A stretch of 64,000 nt of DNA from the sequence record NC_031928.1. One strand, written 5' to 3'. This DNA comes from Escherichia phage WG01. The translations under genes and the position numbers were made by a program. Each line of letters starts with the position of its first letter. Within the stretch, counting starts at the first letter, position 1. Under the pieces are notes generated by a model that worked only from the letters and a program-made list of their open reading frames with translations, had not been told where the DNA came from and did not search any database. Below are positions 1 to 8,303 of the stretch, one piece after another.

Positions 1-135
1 ATCTTCGAGACGAACTTCACCGTCATAATCGTCGAGCTCAACACCAAAACTTTGAGCAGAAGCCATATCTTTTACTTTCTTATACAGTGCAGCCAGTTCA
101 AGTGCAGCTTTTTCTAATTCATTAATATCAGACAT
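1..135 (-). CDS. partial small acidic protein; N-terminal 45 aa only, gene continues past the window start
   Basis: Minus-strand ATG at 133-135 with RBS-like GGTGAT upstream; open to the window edge; N-terminal helix (ELEKAALELAALYKK) resembles the three neighbouring paralogs. Confidence 0.35.
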   Translation of the reverse strand, partial: MSDINELEKAALELAALYKKVKDMASAQSFGVELDDYDGEVRLED

Positions 136-146
136 TTTTTATCACC

Positions 147-359
147 TTAGCAAGACATAGAGGATGTAAACCAGAAACCTTCACCTTCCGGAATACCGTA
201 GTCATCACGGACCCATTCGTAATCATCATATTCCGGGTTCTTTGGAGAAATGTATTCTCCACGACCAGAAACACGGAACTCTTCACCCGTTTCGTCAGCC
301 ACAGACTGGCCTTTACGTACTAATTCACGGATTTGGTTTTCAATTTCATCAATAGTCAT
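147..359 (-). CDS. small acidic protein, member of a local paralog family ending in W-x-S-S-x-x-Cys
   Basis: 70-aa ORF; C-terminus GFWFTSSMSC matches the C-termini of the ORFs at 369..650 and 660..950. Confidence 0.5.
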   Translation of the reverse strand: MTIDEIENQIRELVRKGQSVADETGEEFRVSGRGEYISPKNPEYDDYEWVRDDYGIPEGEGFWFTSSMSC

Positions 360-368
360 TTTATTTCC

Positions 369-650
369 TTAACATTCAGAAGAAGAGGACACCCAACCAC
401 CATTTTCTAGGCTGGTAGTGTAATCATGTTGGTTTACAATAGCGTACTGAGCTTCACCGTATTCTTCCCAGTGGGCAAGGTCGGCTTTCAAGGCGCCAGG
501 AGAATAATAGTCACCGCCCATACCGCGAGCAGGGTATATATTAAAATGAGTCTCATATTTGTTTGCAATTTCCTCGGCACGACGAATAGCTTTATGGATA
601 TCATTTACTGCTTCAGCCAATTCTTTATTTTTATGGTAATCATTCATCAT
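369..650 (-). CDS. small acidic protein, W-x-S-S-x-x-Cys C-terminal family
   Basis: 93-aa ORF; C-terminus GGWVSSSSEC; shares the AEEIANKY / G-x-YYSP core with neighbours. Confidence 0.5.
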   Translation of the reverse strand: MMNDYHKNKELAEAVNDIHKAIRRAEEIANKYETHFNIYPARGMGGDYYSPGALKADLAHWEEYGEAQYAIVNQHDYTTSLENGGWVSSSSEC

Positions 651-659
651 AAAATTTCC

Positions 660-950
660 TTAGCACATTGCCGAAGAGGAGATCCAAGCACCAACTGTAA
701 CGACGCCATTTTCAACTTCACCACCGTTGTTTTCAATTTCATCTTTAAACCATTGGGAGCATTCATAACCGACAGGATAATATGTACGGCCTGAACCATA
801 ATCACCAGTACCGAATTGGATACCATACTTATCGGCAATAGCTTCACATTCATGTTCGATGGTATTCACTTTATTCAGAAGAGCATAGATAGCCTTTTCT
901 GCAGATTTCTCGTCATTGTGTTCCGGGATTTCAATTTCAATTTTATTCAT
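660..950 (-). CDS. small acidic protein, W-x-S-S-x-x-Cys C-terminal family
   Basis: 96-aa ORF; C-terminus GAWISSSAMC; paralogous to 147..359 and 369..650. Confidence 0.5.
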   Translation of the reverse strand: MNKIEIEIPEHNDEKSAEKAIYALLNKVNTIEHECEAIADKYGIQFGTGDYGSGRTYYPVGYECSQWFKDEIENNGGEVENGVVTVGAWISSSAMC

Positions 951-1300
951 GATTTACATTCCTTAATAAAGGTTTCAAGGTCATTACGTTTAGTTTGTTT
1001 TACATACTCATTATAATTAGCCATAGCTAAAGCATATCTCTTTTTACGTGGCTTGTTTATTTTATTAGTTTGGGCAATATCAAAGACCCATGGGATAAAA
1101 AATCCTATTAAAGCCGGAACCCAAATCCACGCGAGGCTCATATCTTCAAACGGATGGCGAGGCATACCATTAATAATCCCACCGACAAGAAATCCAATTA
1201 TCCCTGCAGTCATACTAGTAGCAATGCCGAGGAATAATGAAATAGAGATATCGTAATCTGCTAATGCGTAACCAGGGTCGGTTTTACTAGGCTTATGCAT
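947..1300 (-). CDS. small membrane protein (two predicted transmembrane helices)
   Basis: ORF track 947..1348; start moved to internal ATG at 1300, which has an AAGAGG RBS; hydrophobic stretches LFLGIATSMTAGIIGFLVGGII and LAWIWVPALIGFFIPWVF. Confidence 0.5.
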   Translation of the reverse strand: MHKPSKTDPGYALADYDISISLFLGIATSMTAGIIGFLVGGIINGMPRHPFEDMSLAWIWVPALIGFFIPWVFDIAQTNKINKPRKKRYALAMANYNEYVKQTKRNDLETFIKECKS

Positions 1301-1829
1301 TTTGAACCTCTTTAGCGTATTCGCGACATTCAGCAATAAAACGATCAAGCTTACGGTGTTGTTTACGACTTTCTAATGTGTACTCATTAGCCAAAATAAT
1401 AAGCTCATCTTTATCGTAATTTTTAATATCAGAGTAAGATGGGCGACGGTCAACCATTCCAAATACATCACCATTTTCTAAAGCTACATAGCATACTAAA
1501 TGGTAATCATCGTCTGCCATATTAAGAAGCACACAATCAGCGCTCTCGTTTAAAGAATATACTGAATAACGTAGTCCAGCGAATTCCACTCGTTGAATAG
1601 CCAGATTTACGTCAATAATTTCCAAAGCATCTTCAAAAGAAAGGTCTTCAGCTAAAGCAAAAATAAAAGGTAATTTGGTAGTATCGCCACGGCTAGATGT
1701 TCTGCTTAAGAAATCGTTTGAATAGCCTAGGTCTTGGCGAATTCTATAAAGAACTGAATTGGTTTCATGGGAAAGACCACTATTTTTAAACCAATCAATA
1801 TTTGATATCAGGTCGTCATATAAACTCAT
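1293..1829 (-). CDS. hypothetical protein
   Basis: 178-aa ORF with GGAGGAGAGGAG RBS upstream; no recognisable motif. Confidence 0.5.
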   Translation of the reverse strand: MSLYDDLISNIDWFKNSGLSHETNSVLYRIRQDLGYSNDFLSRTSSRGDTTKLPFIFALAEDLSFEDALEIIDVNLAIQRVEFAGLRYSVYSLNESADCVLLNMADDDYHLVCYVALENGDVFGMVDRRPSYSDIKNYDKDELIILANEYTLESRKQHRKLDRFIAECREYAKEVQNA

Positions 1830-1852
1830 AATATTCTCCTCTCCTCCAAATA

Positions 1853-1870
1853 GGGAGACCGAAGTCTCCC
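1853..1870 (-). other. stable hairpin GGGAGAC-UUCG-GUCUCCC between two minus-strand genes
   Basis: Perfect 7-bp stem with tetraloop; no clean U-run follows; same hairpin recurs as the gene 23 terminator. Confidence 0.4.
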
Positions 1871-1877
1871 GGTAACA

Positions 1878-2471
1878 TTACTTAAGTGAATTAATGTAGT
1901 CTTCGATATCAGCAGAAGTCGTATCCATTCCAACTTGCGGGCCTTTAAACGTTTCTACGCGCATCAGGGTGTCTTCGATATCAATCTTGGTCAGTGCAGC
2001 AATTTCAACAACATCGTCGGCAGTAGCAATACCAAGGGCAGCCATATTACGAGTTTCACGGATGTACTCGAGCTTAACAGCCAGTTCCTGACGAGAGTCA
2101 TCAAGTTCCTTAACCTTCAGTTTAATTTCATTACGCATTTCGATATAATCATCGGCTTTCTTACGAAGCTGGGTAGCTGTACGACGATAAAGGAGGCCAA
2201 GTTTAGCATGTACCTGGACATCAGCGCCTTCGGCAATCAGTTTACGAATTTCACGTTCTTTAGAAGCAGCGAGCTGGTCTTTTTCATTAGCCAATGCACG
2301 AATACGTTTTTCTTCATTCACAGACTTAACATGAGCAGTCTGGAGTTCAGTGATTTTATCAATCAGAGTAGAAGCAGCTTTGGTGTATTGGTCTTCGATT
2401 GACAGGTTCTGAGCCATTGCGGTGCCCAGTTTAGAACGAATGAATTCAACGATTTTCTTTAAAGTGTTCAT
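1878..2471 (-). CDS. coiled-coil protein, possibly PspA/IM30-like
   Basis: ORF track 1878..2546; start moved to ATG at 2471 (MNTLKK...) with AAGGAAA RBS; long heptad-rich helical segments; PspA resemblance is by eye only. Confidence 0.45.
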   Translation of the reverse strand: MNTLKKIVEFIRSKLGTAMAQNLSIEDQYTKAASTLIDKITELQTAHVKSVNEEKRIRALANEKDQLAASKEREIRKLIAEGADVQVHAKLGLLYRRTATQLRKKADDYIEMRNEIKLKVKELDDSRQELAVKLEYIRETRNMAALGIATADDVVEIAALTKIDIEDTLMRVETFKGPQVGMDTTSADIEDYINSLK

Positions 2472-2547
2472 AGTATTTCCTTCAGTTGGTTGATATTTTG
2501 TAATCCATGAGGACATTATACCCTGTCCTCTGAGGTTTGTAAACATT

Positions 2548-2946
2548 TTATTTCATTTTTGCGAGGCAGATTTCATTGGCTTCCCATTGAGCTTGCTTAA
2601 TAATAGCTTTGGATACAGGAGCCCTTTGGCCATAAGTTTTTGACGTTGAGAGAACAATACATTTGTTTGCTTCATTATGCCAGCCCCATGATTTTTCGCC
2701 ATGAGTACCTTTAACTACAGCTGACACCTCAACAGAGCAACCACCATCAGAAATCTTGGTTTCGACAACCCATTCATTTCTCTCAGCAGCTTCAATTTCT
2801 AATCTAGTTTTTTCTTCATACATCGCGGCCCAATCAGTTTTTGCCAAGTTGAAAGTAAGAGCTTTCTCTAATTCTTTGGCATATTTTTGTTGTTCAGGTG
2901 TTAATGAATTATACAACTCTTGCATTTCTTTATCTTCGATATTCAT
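2548..2946 (-). CDS. hypothetical protein
   Basis: 132-aa ORF with GAGGAGAA RBS; tightly packed with neighbours. Confidence 0.5.
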   Translation of the reverse strand: MNIEDKEMQELYNSLTPEQQKYAKELEKALTFNLAKTDWAAMYEEKTRLEIEAAERNEWVVETKISDGGCSVEVSAVVKGTHGEKSWGWHNEANKCIVLSTSKTYGQRAPVSKAIIKQAQWEANEICLAKMK

Positions 2947-3004
2947 TATGTTCTCCTCAAATTATGGGCTCATAATATCTTAATCATGAGCCCATGTAAA
3001 CGTT

Positions 3005-3283
3005 TTATTTCATATTATTGAAATAATTTTCTGCATCAAAATCATTACCATGGTAAACTTTGGTAGACGATTTGGCGTAACCTTCAGCTGAGAACATATT
3101 AATCACAACTTTAATTGTATACCACTGTCCATCTTCATTACCCATTACTGCATAGGTTTCATACACCGGGTGTTCAGGACCGATAACCTTAATATCGTTA
3201 ACTGTGGCACCAAATTCTTCCGGAACACATTTCATAAAGAAATTAAACACTTCACCATAATTATCCATTTTACTCTCCTTCAC
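3005..3283 (-). CDS. hypothetical protein
   Basis: 92-aa ORF with AAGGAGAG RBS; early-promoter cassette immediately upstream. Confidence 0.5.
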   Translation of the reverse strand: MKESKMDNYGEVFNFFMKCVPEEFGATVNDIKVIGPEHPVYETYAVMGNEDGQWYTIKVVINMFSAEGYAKSSTKVYHGNDFDAENYFNNMK

Positions 3284-3303
3284 TCTGTTGTTTTGATAGG
3301 TCT

Positions 3304-3332
3304 ATAGTATCATGTTCTACGAAAGAGTAAAC
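3304..3332 (-). promoter_or_regulatory. early-type promoter cassette (GTTTAC -35, 17-nt spacer, TACTAT -10)
   Basis: Minus strand GTTTAC...TACTAT with conserved downstream AGACCTATCAAAAC; upstream of ORF 3005..3283. Confidence 0.5.
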
Positions 3333-3354
3333 ATCTTTTTTAAACCTTTTAGAA

Positions 3355-3384
3355 ACAAAAAAGGCCCAACCTTTCGGAAGGGCC
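3355..3384 (-). terminator. intrinsic terminator (repeated hairpin GGCCC..GGGCC plus U-run)
   Basis: Hairpin ggcccaacctttcggaagggcc followed on minus strand by TTTTTTGTTT; downstream of ORF 3390..3965. Confidence 0.55.
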
Positions 3385-3389
3385 TAGAA

Positions 3390-3965
3390 TCAGTTCTTGT
3401 AGAACCGGAATGGGTTTATGTGGAAGGCTAACATAGCCTTAGGGATTTTACGAGACAAAAGACTCTTAAGTTTCCAACCACAGTATACACGAAGGTAAAA
3501 GGTAATCCCACCTACTTTAAGATACGGAACTGAAGCAAAGACTCCCCATGCTTCGTCATTCCACATCCATAACCATCCATGATGAGCTTTATCAGGAGAA
3601 CCGGATTCAACGTCAGGATTACCACGATAATGGAATTCTGAGCTACAATCGCGTCCAAGTTTATGGTAAGCAAAGTTATAAGCTTTATTTCGCCATAGCC
3701 AAGCTACCCTCTGGAGATAAACACCGCCCGGCATTTTCCTGATTTTAGCCCAACGTTTAATATGACCTTTGTCACCGTCAATTGGATTATCGTATGTCAT
3801 CATCCAATCAAAGCCATAAGGCAATTTACCGGTCTTTTTATTATGGAAAGGAACTACAAAAGGCGCAAGGATAACGGCCAGAACCATAGAGATGAAATCC
3901 AGTGGAACCAACAGAACCCAACTCAAATATTTTAAAAGTTTCATATATTTCTCTAAGTTAACCAA
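3390..3965 (-). CDS. Trp-rich protein with N-terminal membrane anchor
   Basis: 191-aa ORF; N-terminal hydrophobic segment LSWVLLVPLDFISMVLAVILAPFVVPF; terminator hairpin downstream. Confidence 0.5.
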   Translation of the reverse strand: MVNLEKYMKLLKYLSWVLLVPLDFISMVLAVILAPFVVPFHNKKTGKLPYGFDWMMTYDNPIDGDKGHIKRWAKIRKMPGGVYLQRVAWLWRNKAYNFAYHKLGRDCSSEFHYRGNPDVESGSPDKAHHGWLWMWNDEAWGVFASVPYLKVGGITFYLRVYCGWKLKSLLSRKIPKAMLAFHINPFRFYKN

Positions 3966-3983
3966 AAAAGCCCCAGACGGGGC
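3964..3983 (-). terminator. intrinsic terminator
   Basis: Hairpin GCCCCGTCTGGGGC followed by TTTTTT on minus strand; downstream of ORF 3989..4453. Confidence 0.55.
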
Positions 3984-3988
3984 TTTCG

Positions 3989-4453
3989 TTATTTGATTTG
4001 TTTAGCAGACCAGATACGGTCTTTGATGATTTTCTGAATATCTTCAACATACTCTAAGTCGTGAGCATGTGGATTATCTTTGAAGCTATGTGCTCGTGCC
4101 AGTTTCTGGCCTTCTGTTTTGATTACTAAAAGCTCTTTAAGAATTGCTTCATACTTAGAAATAATTCCTTTGGCGATATTTTTTTCTTGAGCGGCTTTAG
4201 GGTCCGCTTTTGACGCAGGTGCTTTACCTGTAGCTTTCTGGAACAATTCACCTGATGCAGCTAGGCTTTTAAAAACTCGGCTAACAGTATTGGCATTAGT
4301 AAAACCTTCGGCTTTAAAATCTTTAATAAAACGGAAACGTTCTTCATCAGAGGCGTCTTTGTAAGAATATTTACCTGCTTGAATTGCTGCAATCGCAGCG
4401 GCTTTTACATCTGAACTAGATTGTTCAGTCAAAAATTCATTGTAAGTTTTCAT
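3989..4453 (-). CDS. internal head protein-like (capsid-targeting-sequence-bearing) protein
   Basis: N-terminus [10 protein letters not shown] matches the T4 internal-protein leader MKTYQEFIAE with an L-x-E cleavage site; late promoter and terminator flank it. Confidence 0.6.
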   Translation of the reverse strand: MKTYNEFLTEQSSSDVKAAAIAAIQAGKYSYKDASDEERFRFIKDFKAEGFTNANTVSRVFKSLAASGELFQKATGKAPASKADPKAAQEKNIAKGIISKYEAILKELLVIKTEGQKLARAHSFKDNPHAHDLEYVEDIQKIIKDRIWSAKQIK

Positions 4454-4479
4454 ATTATTTCCTAAGTTAGTTTACTACA

Positions 4480-4487
4480 TATTTATA
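4480..4487 (-). promoter_or_regulatory. late promoter for the internal-protein-like gene 3989..4453
   Basis: Reverse complement of TATAAATA 27 nt upstream of the minus-strand ATG at 4453. Confidence 0.55.
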
Positions 4488-4488
4488 C

Positions 4489-4516
4489 AAAAAAAGCCCA
4501 ACCTTTCGGAAGGGCC
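4489..4516 (-). terminator. intrinsic terminator (second copy of the repeated hairpin)
   Basis: gcccaacctttcggaagggc followed by a 7-nt U-run on minus strand; between the RNA cluster and the late promoter at 4480. Confidence 0.55.
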
Positions 4517-4564
4517 TTTAACCTAGGGTAACCTTGTCGGGGTTCCACCTGCTAGGCAAGTGTT

Positions 4565-4725
4565 TGTACGAAACGCCGGGATTCGAACCCGGTTATTAAG
4601 TAGTTGACGCCACTCAATATTTTTAAAAGGCCATATCTCGACCATATCCGAACGTTCCGTCAAAAACGCTACTCGGCTTACGGCAAAGATATTTCCTCGA
4701 ATCGATAATTCGGTGCGCCGTTTCT
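4565..4725 (-). ncRNA. candidate tRNA-like small stable RNA (compare T4 species 1/2 RNAs)
   Basis: Minus-strand T-arm CCGGGTTCGAATCCCGG (plus 4576-4592) followed by a 7-nt acceptor-like strand CGTTTCG; a partially complementary strand lies about 150 nt upstream; no ORF over this span; boundaries approximate. Confidence 0.25.
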
Positions 4726-4898
4726 GCTGTGATGTAAGGGGACGTTAACAGATCGTAAAGATTTGTTAATGCCAGTCCTTACTCAGGGAACATCAGTCCG
4801 ACGACTTACCGGTAGCGACCCGGTTTCTTGTTTGTTGCGCCGGTGAATGCTGGTAATCAGTCTTCATACGACGGCTTGACTATATAATAGTCTTCATT

Positions 4899-4973
4899 TG
4901 GTATCCCGCCCTGGGATCGAACCAGGACCGCAAACTTAGAAGGATCGTATGCTATCCATTACACCAGCGGGAC
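4899..4973 (-). tRNA. tRNA-Arg (anticodon TCT)
   Basis: 75-nt cloverleaf on minus strand: 7-bp acceptor stem GTCCCGC/GCGGGAT, T-arm CCTGG-TTCGATC-CCAGG, anticodon loop CT-TCT-AA, encoded CCA. Confidence 0.8.
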
Positions 4974-4978
4974 GTAGT

Positions 4979-5055
4979 TGGTGACCCAGACCAGATTTGA
5001 ACTGGTAACCTTTCCCTTATGAGGGGACTGCTGCTAACCATTGAGCTACAGGGCC
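4979..5055 (-). tRNA. tRNA with anticodon CAT (Met, or Ile if lysidine-modified)
   Basis: Minus strand: acceptor GGCCCTG with 6 of 7 pairs, T-arm ACCAG-TTCAAAT-CTGGT, anticodon loop CT-CAT-AA, encoded CCA; D-arm irregular. Confidence 0.65.
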
Positions 5056-5060
5056 TTAAA

Positions 5061-5333
5061 TCAAACTACAAATCCAGCAGGAGCATTATCATCTTTAGCC
5101 ATGTGCTGAATTGTATGATAAGTCATTTCTTCAGGAGCAACCAGATAAGCCGCAGCGTTAACTAGTGGAATTATTTTTGGTTTAGCGAATGTGCTATCGG
5201 CAATTGCCATAAAGGGCTCGCCGTCGGTCTCAACTTCACCAAATTGACATTCATACGAAATAGAACAACGTTTGGTAGTGGTTGTCTTGGTTGCCGGGTC
5301 ATAAAAAGCTAATTTTAATACTAACATAAACAC
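5061..5333 (-). CDS. hypothetical protein
   Basis: 90-aa ORF directly upstream of the tRNAs on the same strand; GAGGT RBS. Confidence 0.4.
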   Translation of the reverse strand: MFMLVLKLAFYDPATKTTTTKRCSISYECQFGEVETDGEPFMAIADSTFAKPKIIPLVNAAAYLVAPEEMTYHTIQHMAKDDNAPAGFVV

Positions 5334-5444
5334 CTCAAATAAAATTAAGTAAAGTAAGTTTGATTAATAGACCTTGTCTATTATGAAAGGTTCTTTGAGG
5401 GAAGAACCTTTGGTAATAGAGGGTTACTTAATAATGTTAGAGTA

Positions 5445-5469
5445 ATAATAACACATTACTCTTAAAGCA
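5445..5469 (-). promoter_or_regulatory. candidate MotA-dependent middle promoter upstream of ORF 5061..5333 and the tRNAs
   Basis: Minus strand ATGCTTTAA (MotA-box-like TGCTTTA) followed 12 nt later by TATTAT. Confidence 0.3.
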
Positions 5470-5506
5470 TATTACTATTTTTAGGAATAGTCTGGTCAAA
5501 TTTGAT

Positions 5507-5797
5507 TCATTGTGGCCACATATTAATGTAATCAAGTTTAATAGAAGCAATCTTCAAAGGATTTTTAAAGATGTCGTATTCGACCAACCCGTTTTCAGTT
5601 GCGGTGTAGAAAGTAAAGTTAACAGAATTATAACGGCGACCATTAACTTTTAGTTTAACGTCGCTTGAACTACGACCAATATTAACCTGTTGGACATCAA
5701 GCACAGCACCTTTGCCAAAGTTGCGAATCAGTAGCTCTGCTGCAACCTGGTCTGAATTATATCCATTCTCTGGATTAGTAACCTTAACGTATAACAT
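5507..5797 (-). CDS. hypothetical protein
   Basis: 96-aa ORF abutting the upstream gene. Confidence 0.45.
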   Translation of the reverse strand: MLYVKVTNPENGYNSDQVAAELLIRNFGKGAVLDVQQVNIGRSSSDVKLKVNGRRYNSVNFTFYTATENGLVEYDIFKNPLKIASIKLDYINMWPQ

Positions 5798-6199
5798 TTA
5801 ACCCTCGTCTACAATAGTATGGGTATTGGCATTAACAATCTGCCACCAGTCAAAACGATCTGAGCCGTAAAGAGGATTATTCTCGTTTTCTTTAACAATT
5901 TCACGTAGTTCGTCTTCAGAAAATGCTTTAGCGATTAAATCGGTATAGCCACCACGTGGATAATAGTTATCACCAGCGAACAAAAGGAAATTTACCTTTC
6001 CAGAAGGAACATATGCTTCCTTAGGATACTTGTTTCCTGCATGGTCTACCACTTCAATATAACGGTAAGGAATATCAGTACTTTCAACCCATTGCCAAGC
6101 CGCAGCAGGGGATTCAAAAGCATCAACACCTAAACGGTTATCTTCATCTTTAGACGGATTATTTTCATAATCCGCATATACATAATATTCAACGTTCAT
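5798..6199 (-). CDS. hypothetical protein
   Basis: 133-aa ORF; start overlaps the stop of 6199..6384. Confidence 0.5.
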   Translation of the reverse strand: MNVEYYVYADYENNPSKDEDNRLGVDAFESPAAAWQWVESTDIPYRYIEVVDHAGNKYPKEAYVPSGKVNFLLFAGDNYYPRGGYTDLIAKAFSEDELREIVKENENNPLYGSDRFDWWQIVNANTHTIVDEG

Positions 6200-6384
6200 T
6201 ATTCACCTTTAGAGATTTTATCCATAACGATAGCGATTAAGCCGATTAGAAATGCTACTACCAATGAGATAGAATTTTCTGTTGTTGTCAGTAGTCCACA
6301 AATGAATCCTACAAACATCGAAAAGCTAAAAGCCATTGAAGCAATTACTACAGCAACATTACGAATCAGTTCAGCGCGTTTCAT
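6199..6384 (-). CDS. small membrane protein
   Basis: 61-aa ORF with two hydrophobic helices; GAGGAG RBS; early-type promoter upstream. Confidence 0.45.
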   Translation of the reverse strand: MKRAELIRNVAVVIASMAFSFSMFVGFICGLLTTTENSISLVVAFLIGLIAIVMDKISKGE

Positions 6385-6412
6385 TTTATTCTCCTCAGTA
6401 GTTGATAGGGTA

Positions 6413-6442
6413 ATAGTATCACTACCCTATCTAAAAGTAAAC
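6413..6442 (-). promoter_or_regulatory. early-type promoter cassette
   Basis: GTTTAC, 18 nt, TACTAT on minus strand upstream of ORF 6199..6384. Confidence 0.45.
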
Positions 6443-6453
6443 GGTTTTATAAA

Positions 6454-6762
6454 CTATTTTATTCCGCGTGATGCAATCGTATTCTGCCGTTTAACGCCAG
6501 TTTGTTTAAAGTTATGATTGTCGAGTTGATCGGTACGAGCAACTCCGAATGATGATTTAATCTTAGCTTTAGATCCTTTAGTTATAGAAATAAACATCTC
6601 GGGAGCCCCTTTCTTAAAGTCCGAAGCAATTACTTCAACACCGTTCTTAGCAAGTGACCTCAGAATTGCTTCCACATACTCATCATCAAGACCTGCTTGA
6701 GTATGAATAACGAATGTCTTTGGTGCAGCCGCTTCATTGATAAATTCTTGGTATGATTTCAT
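6454..6762 (-). CDS. internal head protein-like (CTS-bearing) protein
   Basis: N-terminus MKSYQEFINEA matches the T4 internal-protein leader; 102 aa. Confidence 0.6.
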   Translation of the reverse strand: MKSYQEFINEAAAPKTFVIHTQAGLDDEYVEAILRSLAKNGVEVIASDFKKGAPEMFISITKGSKAKIKSSFGVARTDQLDNHNFKQTGVKRQNTIASRGIK

Positions 6763-6792
6763 TTTATTTTCCTAATTAATTTTGATGAGATA

Positions 6793-6822
6793 ATAGTACC
6801 ACAACCCTATTTAAAAGTAAAC
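6793..6822 (-). promoter_or_regulatory. early-type promoter cassette
   Basis: GTTTAC, 18 nt, TACTAT on minus strand upstream of internal-protein-like ORF 6454..6762. Confidence 0.45.
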
Positions 6823-7095
6823 TCATTTTAAATAAATTGCATATTTTTTATAACCCGCTGTCTCATGACGAAGACCCTTATCATTAGCAAAACGCTCAAT
6901 GTTGTTAATTTGATTCTGGTCAAGTTCAGAGATGTCAAACACGAAAAAGTTACGTTTGTTGCCTAAAGTTACGTGATTAGTCAAATCGATGTTATAGAGA
7001 TGATTTATATTATCAATCATGGTCTTAACAGATTTGTTAATTTTTACTTCTTCATTAAGAATAGATTCAGCGATAAATTCTTGGTATGATTTCAT
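6823..7095 (-). CDS. internal head protein-like (CTS-bearing) protein
   Basis: N-terminus MKSYQEFIAES; 90 aa. Confidence 0.6.
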   Translation of the reverse strand: MKSYQEFIAESILNEEVKINKSVKTMIDNINHLYNIDLTNHVTLGNKRNFFVFDISELDQNQINNIERFANDKGLRHETAGYKKYAIYLK

Positions 7096-7096
7096 T

Positions 7097-7318
7097 TTAT
7101 TCTACGCCTGCGGCTTTCAAAAGTTTTTTAAGATTGGCTATGCCGCCAGCAGAAAACGTGACCTTGCCACCTTTTTCATTGATAGAGCCAGTCAATTTAG
7201 CAAGCTTATCACTAGGGACTTTTTTAAAATCAGCCAGTATGCCATCAAAGGTTTTTGTAACAACCGGCAGTTGGTCATGTTTTTTGGCTTCTGTAATAAA
7301 TTCTTGATAAGCTTTCAT
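7097..7318 (-). CDS. internal head protein-like (CTS-bearing) protein
   Basis: N-terminus MKAYQEFITEA; 73 aa; early promoter cassette upstream. Confidence 0.6.
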   Translation of the reverse strand: MKAYQEFITEAKKHDQLPVVTKTFDGILADFKKVPSDKLAKLTGSINEKGGKVTFSAGGIANLKKLLKAAGVE

Positions 7319-7356
7319 TTTTGATTTCCGTTTGGTTAGTTTGTTTTGATAGGTCT

Positions 7357-7385
7357 ATAGTATCATGCCTATAGACCTTGTAAAC
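7357..7385 (-). promoter_or_regulatory. early-type promoter cassette
   Basis: GTTTAC, 17 nt, TACTAT plus conserved AGACCTATCAAAAC; upstream of internal-protein-like ORF 7097..7318. Confidence 0.5.
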
Positions 7386-7396
7386 AACTTTTTAAA

Positions 7397-8295
<899 letters not shown>

Positions 8296-8303
<8 letters not shown>

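Noticed and set aside
4725-4899. Possible second stable RNA between tRNA-Arg and the tRNA-like element
   Set aside because: No T-arm, acceptor pairing or other recognisable structure could be identified by eye; left unannotated.
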